Shown piece by piece: positions 50,094 to 62,524 of a stretch of 64,000 bases of DNA. The stretch is from Phyllosticta citribraziliensis. Taxonomy: Eukaryota. The stretch lies in NCBI RefSeq assembly GCF_038025025.1, contig NW_027117341.1:930001-994000 (forward strand), read 5' to 3'. The notes under the pieces were generated by a model. It did not search any database and was not told the DNA's origin. It was given only the letters and a program-made list of their open reading frames with translations. Numbering within the stretch: the stretch's first letter is position 1; every line of letters starts with the position of its first letter. Position numbers and translations under genes: made by a program.

Positions 50094-52273
50094 ATGGCTC
50101 CCCACCCTCTGCAAATTCTCTCCCTGGAGGAGACTCAACGCGCTCGGGACATTGTCCTCGCCCTTCATCCTGGAACGGCAATCGACTTCAGAGAGATATT
50201 TCTCCAAGAGCCCACCAAGGCCGATCTGAAGAATTTCCTTGACCTTGAACACAGCGGCTACCTCTCCCCCACATCTGCAAGGCCTCCACGACTTGCCAAG
50301 TGCATGTACGACGTCATTGGCCCTGACAGAGTCCCTCAATACCAAGAGTCCGTCGTCGACGTCGAAAGGGGCCAACGCGTAGCCCACGAGGTGATTGGAA
50401 AAGAGTTCCAGGCAACACTGACGCTGTAATTATATCCTTGGGACGAGTCGCCCCGACCATGTCGTTGACAATGTGCCAGATCCGAGTTTTCCACATTGGT
50501 CGAGGTCTGCAAGGCTTCAAAGCTCTTTCAAGACGCTCTGGCCGAACTTGAGCTGCCAGAAGGCTTCGAGATTGTCATTGAGCCCTGGCCCTATGGAGGT
50601 CTGGATCCTGAAGATGAGAACAGGCGGTACTTTCAGGGCTTGATCTTCGCCCAAGACACTCGATCTGGAAATCCCGATTCCAACTTTTACGCTTTTCCCC
50701 TGCCCCTCATCCCTATTATGGATGCCCACAAGCAGGAGATCATTCGCGTTGATCGTCTGGCAACAGGTGGAAAGGGTGACGGCCTTTCGGAAAAGACGAA
50801 TGCCAGAAAGGTGCTCGAGCACTGCCGAACGGCTGATTACGTCCCTGAGATGCTACCAAATGGAACCAGGAAAGATCTTAAGCCCCTCAATGTCGTCCAG
50901 CCTGACGGTCCATCCTTCAAGGTCACCGATGAGAGCTTGGTTGAGTGGCAGAAGTGGAGATTCAGGGTCTCATTCAACCCTAGGGAGGGAGCCGTCATTC
51001 ATGATGTTCACTACGATGGCAGGAGCGTCATGCACCGGTTGAGCATTAGCGAAATGACTGTGCCTTATGCCGACCCAGTAAGAACCGCTGCTCCGATTTT
51101 GCAGACATTCATACTAAATCATCAACCAGAGAAATCCGTTCCAGAGAAAACAGGCATTCGACTTTGGTGATGGCGGCGCTGGAAATTGCGCCAACAATCT
51201 CAGTCTTGGCTGCGACTGCTTGGGCGTAATCAAGGTGAGACCTGTCCACACGCACACTCTATGCCATGTCACTGACTTCGAGATAGTACTTCGATGCTGT
51301 CATCGTTGGATCCGATGGAAAGCCAGATGTCCACCCGAACGTCATCTGTCTCCACGAACAGGACGATGGTATCGGTTGGAAGCACACCAACTGGCGGACT
51401 GGAAGGGCAGTCGTCACTCGGCGACGCGAGCTCGTGGTCCAATTCATCATCACTCTCGCCAACTACGAGTACATTTTCGCCTACAAGTTCGACCAATCAG
51501 GTGGCATCGACATTGAGGCTCGCGCCACTGGCATAGTCTCCGTCGTCAACATTGATCCGGGAAAGACATCAGACTACGGCAATGTCGTCAACCCTGGTGT
51601 ATTGGCCCAAAACCACCAGCACATTTTCTGCGCCCGTATCGACCCTGCAATCGACGGACACTCGAATACTGTCGTGCAGGAAGAGTCCCTTCCTGTACCG
51701 ATGAACCCTAAGACCAACCCCCGCGGAAACCTGTACGAGATTCGCCAAACTCCCATCAAGACTTCTTCATTCGCCGACGCAGCACCGCAAAACAATCGTT
51801 TGTTCAGAATCGTCAACTCGGCGCGTAAGAATGGCGTCAGTGGCAAGCCCGTCTCGTACAAGTTCGTCCCGCCGCCAACGCAGCTGCTTCTTGCGGACCC
51901 AGAGTCTGTCCAATCTAAGCGCGCACAGTTCGCCCATCATCACGTTTGGGTGACCAAACACAAAGACAACGAGCTCTACGCCGGCGGTCGCTTTACACTC
52001 CAGTCGACAAAGGAGGTTGGCGGTGTGGCCGACGCCGTGGCGCGCAACGAAAACGTGGAGAACGACGACGTAGTCGTCTGGAGCGTGTTCGGTCTGACGC
52101 ACAACCCTCGCGTCGAGGACTGGCCGGTCATGCCAGTCGAGATTCTGCAGGTCAACCTGCGGCCGTCGGACTTCTTTGAGGAGAATCCCAGTATAGACGT
52201 GCCGAGCAACAAGAACGTGACGTCGGTGGAGGTGCAAAAAGACACTTGCTGTAAGAGGGACGGCAAGTTGTAG
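50094..52273 (+). CDS. Copper amine oxidase (TPQ-dependent), probably peroxisomal; 3 introns
   Basis: MAPHPL start, WQKWRFRVSFNPREG, AFDFGDGG, LSLGCDCLG, the TPQ consensus TLANYEY, the Cu ligands HQH and LTHNPRVEDWPVMP, and a C-terminal GKL. Introns at 50426-50479, ~51078-51129 and ~51235-51286. Confidence 0.95.
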
Positions 52274-52919
52274 AGCTCCTTTGACTGCTCACTGTTTCCT
52301 AATTTAGTCGCCATTTTCTTGTGAAGGGTTTGGCTTGGGGTGTCTTCTTTATCTTAGCATCATACCACACATCACCAACCAAGAATCCAAATTTAGATCT
52401 CCTCATGCAACACAAATTATTGAATATCAGACACTGGGCGTTCTCCAGTCTGTCTCAATCGAGGGGCACAGCTTAGGTGACTGAAAAGTCTTTGCTGACA
52501 TCTGACATGTCTGTACAATGACTATACGCAGCGTTTGCGTACGAGGCACAATACAGCCAAGTGGGCAAGACCTGAGCCCTTTGCATCGTCGCATGTCATC
52601 ATAGTGAGCACTATTTCAGGGATTTGCAAGTTTTTGAGATTTTCTAGGAGGGAGGAAGCAATATCCCCTTCACCAGGTCACGCGCCGATTATGCCACCTC
52701 ACGATGACTGGTGTTTACCAGTGTCACCAGTTTGACCGGTCCGCCCCGTGGTCCATGCTTTTCATCGCCTTGGGCCTGTTGATTAGAGAAATGAATATTA
52801 GAGTGTTCAGGGAAAGGTGTCTGCGCTGCGCCTCGAATGATTTGAGGTCGTGGCTGGTGCTCTCCTTGCCAGACTGGATACAGGACACTGTGGCTTAAGC
52901 GTATGGCTACTTTCGTAGA

Positions 52920-54491
52920 TTATCTCCGCGTCAACTCTCCGGAGATTAACTCAAGGACCTAGATCAACAGGTTAGGAGACAGCTATTCTAAAAGGGGGTT
53001 CCAAGACTGACCTGGTTCGAAATCACCCCCTGGTTGACCAGGTGCTTGCTGAGTCCCTTGACAACGTCTATCTGCTGTTCAGAAGAGAGACCGGTGATGG
53101 CCTGCTCGATGACACTTCCCACGCTTGCCTTGTGTACCGCGATGAAGCTCGAGTAGTACATGAAGGCGAAGAACCCCATGATGAATTGGCAGTCCATGCG
53201 GTCTGTCATACCGCCATGTCCAGGAATCGAATCACCAAAGTCCTTGATCTTGAAAGTGCGCTTCAACCCAGATGCGAAAAATCCTCCAAAGGGAGCAATT
53301 AGGGAAGCGAATGAGGCGAATACCATGATGTGGAATTGCATAGGAGACGCAGTAATGGTACTTGGAATGTGTGTCCAGTGCGGCGGAATGAAGGGCAATC
53401 GGTACGTGTGGGGTAGAAAAACCGGGTTAATATCACATTCGAGGCCGGTGAAGAAGTTCGCGCCAAGGTCCTAAGAATGTCAATCAAGGCAAGGGGTAGG
53501 GCTTGAGCATGGTAGACTCACATTGACCGGACAGATGAAGTATGTGTACCTCATCAGGAGGTTTGTCAAAAACAAGCCGAAGATGACGGTGAAGATCCAT
53601 GCACCTATGAAGCCTTCGACAGTCTTCTTGGGAGAAATTTTGATGAGTTGGGTACGACCAAAGGTGATGCCGCAAATGTAGGCGAAGATATCGTTTGTGA
53701 TAACCAGGGACGCGGGAAGGAAGAACCAGATCATTCCCTCAAAAATGTTGTTCATGATGAAGTGGGCCTGCACGACGATTAGGTATAGGGCCATGTGAGT
53801 CCATGCGAACTGCGTAAACTGGAACTTGTAGTGACCCTTTTGCAAGGAAACCACGAAGAAGACAAATCCTGCCTCTTTGTCAGCGTCCAGCGACGAAGGA
53901 AGAATGGGATTGGCCGACCAGTGACGTAGAGCATGAAGCTGATGAAGCGGTGGTGGGTCGCAAAGGGGAGCAACACCTTATCCACGAGGATAATGTGCTT
54001 AAAGTAGTATATCACGCTCTCGCCGTAGAGAAAATACATGGTGGTTCCCAAGAAGTACCAATTGAGACTCTTTGTGAATCTCAAGCTTCGGGCGCGGCTG
54101 GGTACATTGGAGATTGCAATAACCTCCTTGAAGGATATGATTTGGACGGCGGTGACAATCATAATGATGTAGATGTGACCCGAGAACATTGCCCAAAAGA
54201 AGCCGGCTATCATGACAAGGGTCCAGATGGTTCGGGTGATGAAGGTCTGCTTTTTCTTTTCATATTCTGATGTCGGCGGTACCTGTATCGTCAGTCAGCC
54301 TTGTCGGGTGGGCGGATGGTCGACAGGATCCAAACCTCAGCCTTTGCAACGGCTCCATTCCTCGACGGGCTTCCGGGATCCGAGGCAGTCTCACTGATCT
54401 CAGACGTGCTGGGTCTCCTGGGCTTCCCGCTGCTGCCGCTCCCCCGGTGCTCTCGGTGCTGGAATTTGACGTCTCTGCGTGGCTTCGTCAT
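52920..54491 (-). CDS. CDS1: Phosphatidate cytidylyltransferase (CDP-DAG synthase); 4 introns
   Basis: EYEKKKQTFITRTIWT, SLVITNDIFAYICGITFGRTQLIKISPKKTVEGF and APFGGFFASGLKRTFKIKDFGDSIPGHGGMTDRMDCQ. The last exon VLELISGELTRR* ends at 52920. Confidence 0.95.
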
Positions 54492-54984
54492 GGCGGCGGA
54501 AGAGTCGCCGCAGCGGCGCGAGTGCCTTTTGGCGACCTGGCTATGCGCCGGTATGTAGTTCAAAGGCCACGGGCAGGGGCCAGACGGGGACGGGGGCGAC
54601 GGCGGATTGTGTTTATGCGCGCTGGTTTAGGCAGGTTTTGGTTTGGCAGGGCCGCCAAGGTGCGGTGATAGATGTGAGGCGCGGGCAATGCGCTTCGAAC
54701 GGAGGGCGCGTGGTGTGCCGGGGAGAAGCGCGTCGGCGGGCGCGGCGAGAGGACGAGTTGGAGAGCAGAGTGGAGGAGGAGTGAAGAGAGAGAGAGAGAG
54801 GACTGCAGCCGTGGGTGGGTGATTTACGTCAAGCTGCGCGCCAAGGCTATCTCACTGGTCCAAAGCGGCCGTCGCCGTCGTCTCCCTGTCCCGGGGCGGT
54901 GGAGTGTCCGCGTCGGTCCCGAAGCGCATGTGAACGCCGACGACCTGTCGCGTCTGCGCTGCGCTGCGCGTCCACTCCCATGGC

Positions 54985-57340
54985 ATGGCCACCGAAGACG
55001 ACGAGTTCGGCTTTGCCGACGACCTCGAAGACCTCCCCGCAAACACCTGGCGCGAGATTGAGGCCCAGGCCCTGCTCTCCACCCAGCACCGCCCGCAAAC
55101 CCAGAAGCCCGCCGACGATCACGAGTCCGACTATGGCTTCGACGACGAAGACGTCATCAATCTCGACGACGTGAATCCACGCGTCCCCTCTGCCCCACAA
55201 CCTGCTCGAGACGAGAGAGATGCCTTCTACCAGCACCGTCTAAACAGACACGCGGGCGTCGGCCATGCTGTGCAAAGCGCGGCGCAAGCTTCCCAGGGCG
55301 CACTCGGCACCACCGACACCTCAAACCAGGAACTACTCAAGGTTGGTCGATACATACACGGCCAATGCCATCACAGCGCAGCCACTGACCACTCGCAGCT
55401 GCGACGCGAACATGCCCTCCTCGAACGAGACCGCAACTCAAAGGCCGGAGAAGCCTCAATCATCCGCAGCAATTACGAAAAGCTCGTCAAGGAGTACAAC
55501 ACCAAAGACAGCCTCAAAGACAAGGCGCATGCTGAGGAGAATGCGAGATACCTTGCACAAGTCCGAGACTTGGAGAGGAGGTTGGAACAAGTCAATGCCG
55601 CAAACAAATTTCTCGAAAACGATCTTAAGCAAGTGGCAGCCAAGGCACGGCAGAAGTCTCGGACTTTGAAAGATGGGTCAAGCAATACGGCTAGAGGGTC
55701 GGTCGCCCCAGTGACCCCCAGGAAAAACAGAGCGGCGCTCATCGGCGATGGCTTCGACGATGGGGACGTGGTCATGGTTTCGCCCAGCAAATCCCGAGAG
55801 AGGTCCAAACAATTCACACCCAAGAAAGGATCCAAGAGAAAGCGAACCATTGGCGAAAGCCCTGGGAAGCCGTTGCCTTTGTCTGAACCAGCTGTTGCGA
55901 ACGGCCCGGAGCCTACCGACACACAGGAACCAGAGTCTCATAATGAAATACTAGTTGAATTCGAGAAAGACGACGACAAGTTTCGGGTAGGTTTGTGGGA
56001 TACTAAATACTACAAGCTCTTTGCTCACGTTCCCAGTTCCTGAAAAGACTCTTGAATCATCGCACTCCTGGCTCTGATGCCAGGTTCGTGGAGACAATGG
56101 CCAAGTTTGCCCTCCCCTCGAATCAGAATCAGCCGCTCTCGTCCATGCTTTATGACGGGTTGATCCTTTATCGCAGCGGTTCGCAAGACTTTCCCACCCA
56201 CGTCTGTCGCATCCTGGCCTCCATTTGGGAGAAGTGCTTAAAGGAATCATATGCAAGTCGTACTCCTCAACTAAATGTTTCGCTTCGCTAACCCTCCTGC
56301 AGTACTTGCCACTCTCGCCACTCATTGATACTTTGCTTTTTGTCCTTGCTTTTGAGTCGCTTGAAAAAACCGCTGCGCTTGCAGATGCCATCATACCCCT
56401 TGTGGTAGAGTCAGCCACGGTGGCCCTCAATCCCGGCACGGGACCTGCCCATGAAGAAGTTCCGCTGTCCAGCTCACTTTCCCTTCTTCTCTTGATTTCT
56501 CGCCATGCTGCGCATTCTGAGGACGCGACAGCTTCTGTCTGGAAGCTAGTACCTCAAGATTTCCCACTTTTGATCCTGAAGAGGCCTCAGCTTTCCTCTA
56601 ACGTTGACTTGATGCTCAGAATTCTGGCAACAAGTGTAACTTCAAGCTCATTTGGCCCTATTGCATGCACTTCTACCTCTGATAGGCAGCCTTTTGCCCA
56701 AAGGCTCTTGGATTACCTGGTTGTCCTCCTTACGAATCGTGGAACCCCGGCCGCGATCCAGCGGTCTCTCTCCAAAGAAGGACTGGTCCGTCTCCGGTTT
56801 TCCTTGCTGCAGACTTTTTCCGCTATGATCACTTCGCCGACTGGATCCAGCGCATTGGCAAGACATTCCATTTTTCTTGGAAACGCCGTTACACTTTTGA
56901 ATGATTCTCTTGATAGTCTGTATACGACTACTCCCGGAGCCCTCATCCGCCAGGTCATCGTCAACATCGTCAACTTGGCAACACGGATATTGTACACTCT
57001 GTTGATGAGTCAAGACACGAAGCATCTCATTGATCGGAAAGCGAAGCTGGCTGCCGTCCCCGGCGCTAGTCACAAGCATCTTGTGGGGCTGACACGCCTG
57101 GCTTTCGTCGAGCTCGATGAAAATGACCCAGACAACTCAACGGGTGGACTTCCCGCAGGCGAAGGGCTTGCGGATGATGAGACCAGCGCCTTCAGTCGCT
57201 GGAAATTTGGTTCGGTCCTCGAGTCGGGGATTGATGAGGAGGTTGTGGACATGGCGCACACCTTACTTGACGAATTCTTGAGTCCTGAGGAAGGCGAGAT
57301 GTTGGTAAGCGTTTTCAGCTCTGGTAAAAGTTCCATCTAG
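54985..57340 (+). CDS. DNA damage checkpoint protein Rad26/UvsD (ATRIP-like); introns ~55342-55398, ~55987-56036 and GC-AG 56253-56302
   Basis: Acidic N-terminus, coiled coil containing SKAGEASIIRSN, TPRKNR..GDGFDD..VMVSPSK, and a Leu-rich helical C-terminal domain ending AHTLLDEFLSPEEGE. Confidence 0.75.
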
Positions 57341-58162
57341 AACCGAGACGATGGGAATCGGCCTTGCATCACCACTCAGGGAGGGAACCGAGATACCCAA
57401 TTAGCATCGAGGTGGAGTAATAGGGAAAGAGCATCGTAGTTCGAATCGAGTTGACATTTGAGACTCTCCCTTTGAATTTGGAGTAATTATCTGCCGCCTG
57501 GTCCAGTTCCCAAGACAGATTGGTATCGTCGCAAGCAACAACTCGGACGTGGCTCATGGTGAATTTACAAAATCGAGTTCCGTTCCGTTGTGGCAGTCTT
57601 TGATCCCGGTCCCACCATTCCACAAAGTGAAGTGCAGCATTGGTGTCATCAAAAATCGTGTCAAGCCAGAGGTCCACCCCCGAACGCCCAGGGCAAATCA
57701 CAAACAGCGGAGACTCGTCAACGACCGCTTCTTCAGCCCAGCTACCAGACGCGTATGATACAAGGTCCACCTCGTGCAACCAATCGAGGGGAACAGGGCC
57801 AGGACACATGGTCCGCAAAGAGGCATCAACTTCGAGTAGTAAAGTCAGCATTCTAGGAGGGGCCAACCACTTTCCAACGACGGCTAGCAAAAGGCTGGCG
57901 AAGATTGTTCTCAAGCCGTTTAGAGTTAACCCTTGAAGGAGATCGCAGGCCCCAAAGAAGAACACAACCCAATTGGTGTTTCCGAATCTCTTTTCTTCCT
58001 TGCTAGAGGTGTCAGTGAAGGGTGGATGATGCTGAAACAGACCCCAGAGAGGGCGCTATGCTACGCAGAGCTCGGCCGCATGATTCTCGATCAACCAATT
58101 TCAGTTCTGGGTGGCGATCAGCCCGGAGTCGTAGGCGGTTCGATTTGGCACGAGCTCGTCTC

Positions 58163-59905
58163 TCATCGAAAAAAGTTCCTGAGCCTGTCGCCCACGCTTT
58201 GCCTCTCCGCCCTGTGCAAGTGGTTGGGCCCTGAACCAGGCGCCAAGCTGTGGCCAACGAGCCTAGCCACTTGGCTGAGACTGCTTCTCCTTCTGCGCTG
58301 GCCTGGAGCGGAGGTCCTGTGTGGCATGGACGAGAATCCGAGAAGGTGCGGTTGACCTGTGGCGTATACTCCATGCGTCTCGTAGCCGTAAGGCAAATGC
58401 ATCGTATCCGGAAATGGCTCGTGGTAGAGGGCTCTTTGAAGGTCGTAGAGTTCCATCGGGTGGACATGTCCAGCGGAGAAAAAGGAGTGATGAGTGCGGA
58501 GAGGTACAAAGTTTGAGTGGCGGCGATTGATTCCAAATGCTGCAGTATCAAATCCTCCAGGCATGTGTAAGCCGGAGCTGCCATAAGTCCCAGGCTGTGG
58601 CATGTTGGAGCTGGCGCCGCTGCGAGTGTTGCTACCGGAATTAGGACTGCCACCAGCCGAGGGACCAGAGCCAGAACCCGAAGATGATGATCCTTCACCC
58701 CCAGTCGGGCCTTGTTCTCTGCCGTTGCCACTACCTTCTTTCTTTTCGACTCCCTGACGGCAATGTGGGCAGGTGTCGTGTTCGCGCAGCCAGGCGGAAA
58801 TGCAAGAGTTGTGGAACCAATGACCACAAGGAAGGACAGCGACTTCTTCACCTAGCTGGACCCCCTCGATGCAAATGCTACATTCGCCCTTCAATTCGCT
58901 GTCTGGGAAGTCATCCGGAACTTCTTTTCCTCCGACCATGTCGCGGGTGAGGCTTTTTTTCGGCAGCGCAGCAATGGTAGCTTCAGAAGCGGGTCCAGGG
59001 GCATCACCAGAGACGTGTTGCTCCATCAACTGGCTCATGATACGGTCGAAGTCTTCCTCATCTACAAAGTCCCCAGGAGCGTGGCCGAGCAACCTAGCAA
59101 AAAGCCTTGTGAACGCAGGAGCAGGACGTCCATTGTCGCCTTCATTGCCGGCGTCAAAGGTCGGTGCAGTGAGAAGGCTTGTGATCACCCTTGGACCATG
59201 CGTTAGAGCGAAATCGGTGATGTTGGGGCGGGGAGACTTACTGTTGAAGGTTGTCGAAAGGCACAACATGAGGTCCTGGATTGTTTGCATCTCGTGGAAA
59301 AAGCTGCGCCGATGAGGTATAGGTGACCCGCGGTCCCTCTCTGGTCCTGATCGCCTCCGGGCTGGCAGATCGATCACGCTGGGCCCCATCCGCCTGCTGT
59401 CCGCCCTGGTTGGCGTTTGGCGCGCGAAGACCACCACCAGTGATGTTTTCCATCATGCTGACGAAATTGCGGAGTAGAGGATCTTGCCCAGTTCCATCAC
59501 CGCCGCCGCCACCCCGGCCAGGGTCGATGGCAGTAGTCCATGTCCCAGTTATCGAATAGCTGTTTGGACCACTCCGACGTAGACTAAATCCATTTCCAAA
59601 GTCGTGCGGACGAGGGACTTGTTCCTCGGGATCAGGCACTGCCCAAGGGTTGTGAGCGCCCAGGATATCGTCGTCGTCGTCATCAGGGAGACTATCGCGA
59701 GCAAGGTGATCATCACGGGGGTCGTGATCGGCTTCGATCTTGACCGAGTGTCAGTTGTGGTCCTGATAGACTCGGGTATTCGACTTACAATTTCAGTGAA
59801 CTCGGACTGACAGGAAGGGCAAGTCAGGCCGTGCTCATCGCGATACCACTCGTTTTGGCACTCATGGCAAAAGACCATGTCACGGGCGCCTTGCTGTTGG
59901 TCCAT
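58163..59905 (-). CDS. RNF126/RNF115-like RING-H2 E3 ubiquitin ligase; exons 59905-59789, 59738-59242, 59189-58163
   Basis: N-terminal Zn ribbon FCHEC..LTCPSCQSEFTEI, GDFV.EEDFDRIMSQLME..PGPASE..IAALPK, and RING-H2 CSIC..LPCGHWFH..CI..WL..HDTCPHCR. Confidence 0.9.
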
Positions 59906-60642
59906 GGTGGACAGGGGGTTCGCCTCAGAGGGTCGACGTTGCGTGAGGTAGGTCGATGTGGGCGGTCGAGCGGCGGGGTTCAAACTGGAGCGCGAGATTC
60001 GCAGGCGTTGCCCGAGCGGTACACCGCCGGCACGGCGCCAGTGAGGGTGAGGTCGTGGAGTGGAAGCGTAAGATGCGCGGTGTCCAACAAGGAAGTCCTG
60101 CGTAGGCTGGGTGGAGGGCTAGTCGGTTGGTAGGACGTCATTCGCGAGTGCCAAGGCGGGGTCTTGAAGAAACCCAGTGTCGGCCGCCGTCGCACGGATG
60201 GGGCGAGGTCAGGAATAATCGAGAAGGGATTTCAGGAGCAAAGAGGAGAGGAAGCGCATGTATGCGAAAAGTAAATGCTTGAGGATGGTGCTGGATTGCC
60301 AAAAGTTGGTACCTAGCAAACCAAGCGCGGGTGCAGTGGTCCGTGACGGGGCATTACCTGAAGTATTGCCCTTTGCCGAGACGGCACGAGTCAACGGAAC
60401 CGGACGGGAGAGCTTTGTGTCTCGCTACATATCGTGCCGGGCCATCATGACCTCACTCTGCTGCCGCCCTGCCCTCCTGCTGCCTATGTACTAATTCGGC
60501 CACGCACCATGGAACATCCAGCCTTTATGAAGTTCAACTTTGAAAGGTGACCTTCCATCGCAACATTACATGTCCAAAGCACCCGTAGGCGGCCCAATGT
60601 CCCATGCTACTGGAATACCACTCCAGAGTCCGTCATAAACCC

Positions 60643-61313
<671 letters not shown>

Positions 61314-61637
61314 GATTCCAGCAGATGGTAGCGGTGTTCGGAGTTGGAGTTTAAGGACAAAGTAGAGGGGCAAAACCACAAAAGTTGAGGGTCGTCAGAA
61401 GTTAAGAGGAATGAGTACGGTAGCGCAGGAGTGGCATCTGATGGAACCAGAGCGTCCGGGCCGCGTTGGTGGTGTTCCCTGCTTCGTGACGTACCGGGGG
61501 CCCGCTCACCGCCTTTGCACGTGCCCTCCCCGCGCTAATGCCCAAAATGTAGAAACGTCAACAAAGCCAAAGTCAACCTCCTCAGCTTTGCCGCTCGCCA
61601 ACATCCTTCTCTACCCGCGATCCGCACCATTGACAAA

Positions 61638-62350
61638 ATGCTTCTCGACGAGGACCCCGCCACTGTAGGAATCATCCCCCCAGATTACTCTGCTTGCAAA
61701 ATCTCACAATTATGTAGCTCATCCATCAATGCGCGTCCAATTTCAACATCGCGCCCGACCGCTCGTCTCTCTCCCGAATCACCACATCGCAGTCTCATTT
61801 GAGCGCTTTTCGGCAACATCATCTCCAAGACCAACAAGCGACCCTACAGGCTCTTTCGCGGAAGCTCTCTGCGCTCCAATCACAACACAACCTTGCCGCA
61901 GCCCAACACAACCCCGCCGAGCACGCTTCGGAGATTCTGCGACTTGACACGGAGAAGTTCCGGGTCGCAAAGCAGGTCAACGATCTAGAGATAGAAGAGG
62001 AGAGGCTAAGCCAAGAGCTGGAGAGACTCAAGTGCGAGCTTGAAGACGTTGAGGTGCAGGGCGTTGAAGGTGGTGAGCGCAAGGTTGACCTCGCGGAAGA
62101 GGATGCCGTTGTGTATGTCGCTGCGCCATTTCTTAACGCTCTTCGAGGCCATCCGCTGACTTCCCCGCTTTGTAGGCTCAAACTGAGGGCCTACCGCTCA
62201 CTCGGTATCGACGTCGAAGCCGATCCGGCCACCGGCAACTACAACAAAGCCGTCATTCGAAATGCTGCCAAGGGAGATGTTCACGTAGTCAACATCGATC
62301 CTAAATTCTCGCGCTTCTTCTACGCCAGGTATTTTTGGGACACAATGTAA
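61638..62350 (+). CDS. SPC24: Ndc80-complex kinetochore subunit Spc24; exons 61638-61664, 61718-62112, 62176-62350
   Basis: MLLDEDPAT|LIHQCASNFNIAPD, the coiled coil LDTEKFRVAKQVNDLEIE, and the C-terminal LKLRAYRSLGI..GDVHVVNIDPKFSRFFYARYFW. Confidence 0.9.
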
Positions 62351-62524
62351 GCGGAATCGCTGCTGTGGGTATTGAATCTGGATTTCGGGGCGTTTGCGGT
62401 GTCATTGGGCGTTCTACGCAATTGATGGATCGGGAATGAGAATCGGGTTGATACCAAGGGGCTTCGTTCTTTCCAGCGTTATCTGCCGAGCTCCACTCGT
62501 AGGTAAACGTATACTCTGCTAATT

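Noticed and set aside
57369..57965. 198-aa minus-strand ORF between ATRIP and the RING gene
   Set aside because: Non-ATG start, lies in the convergent 3'-UTR region, and has no recognisable domain.
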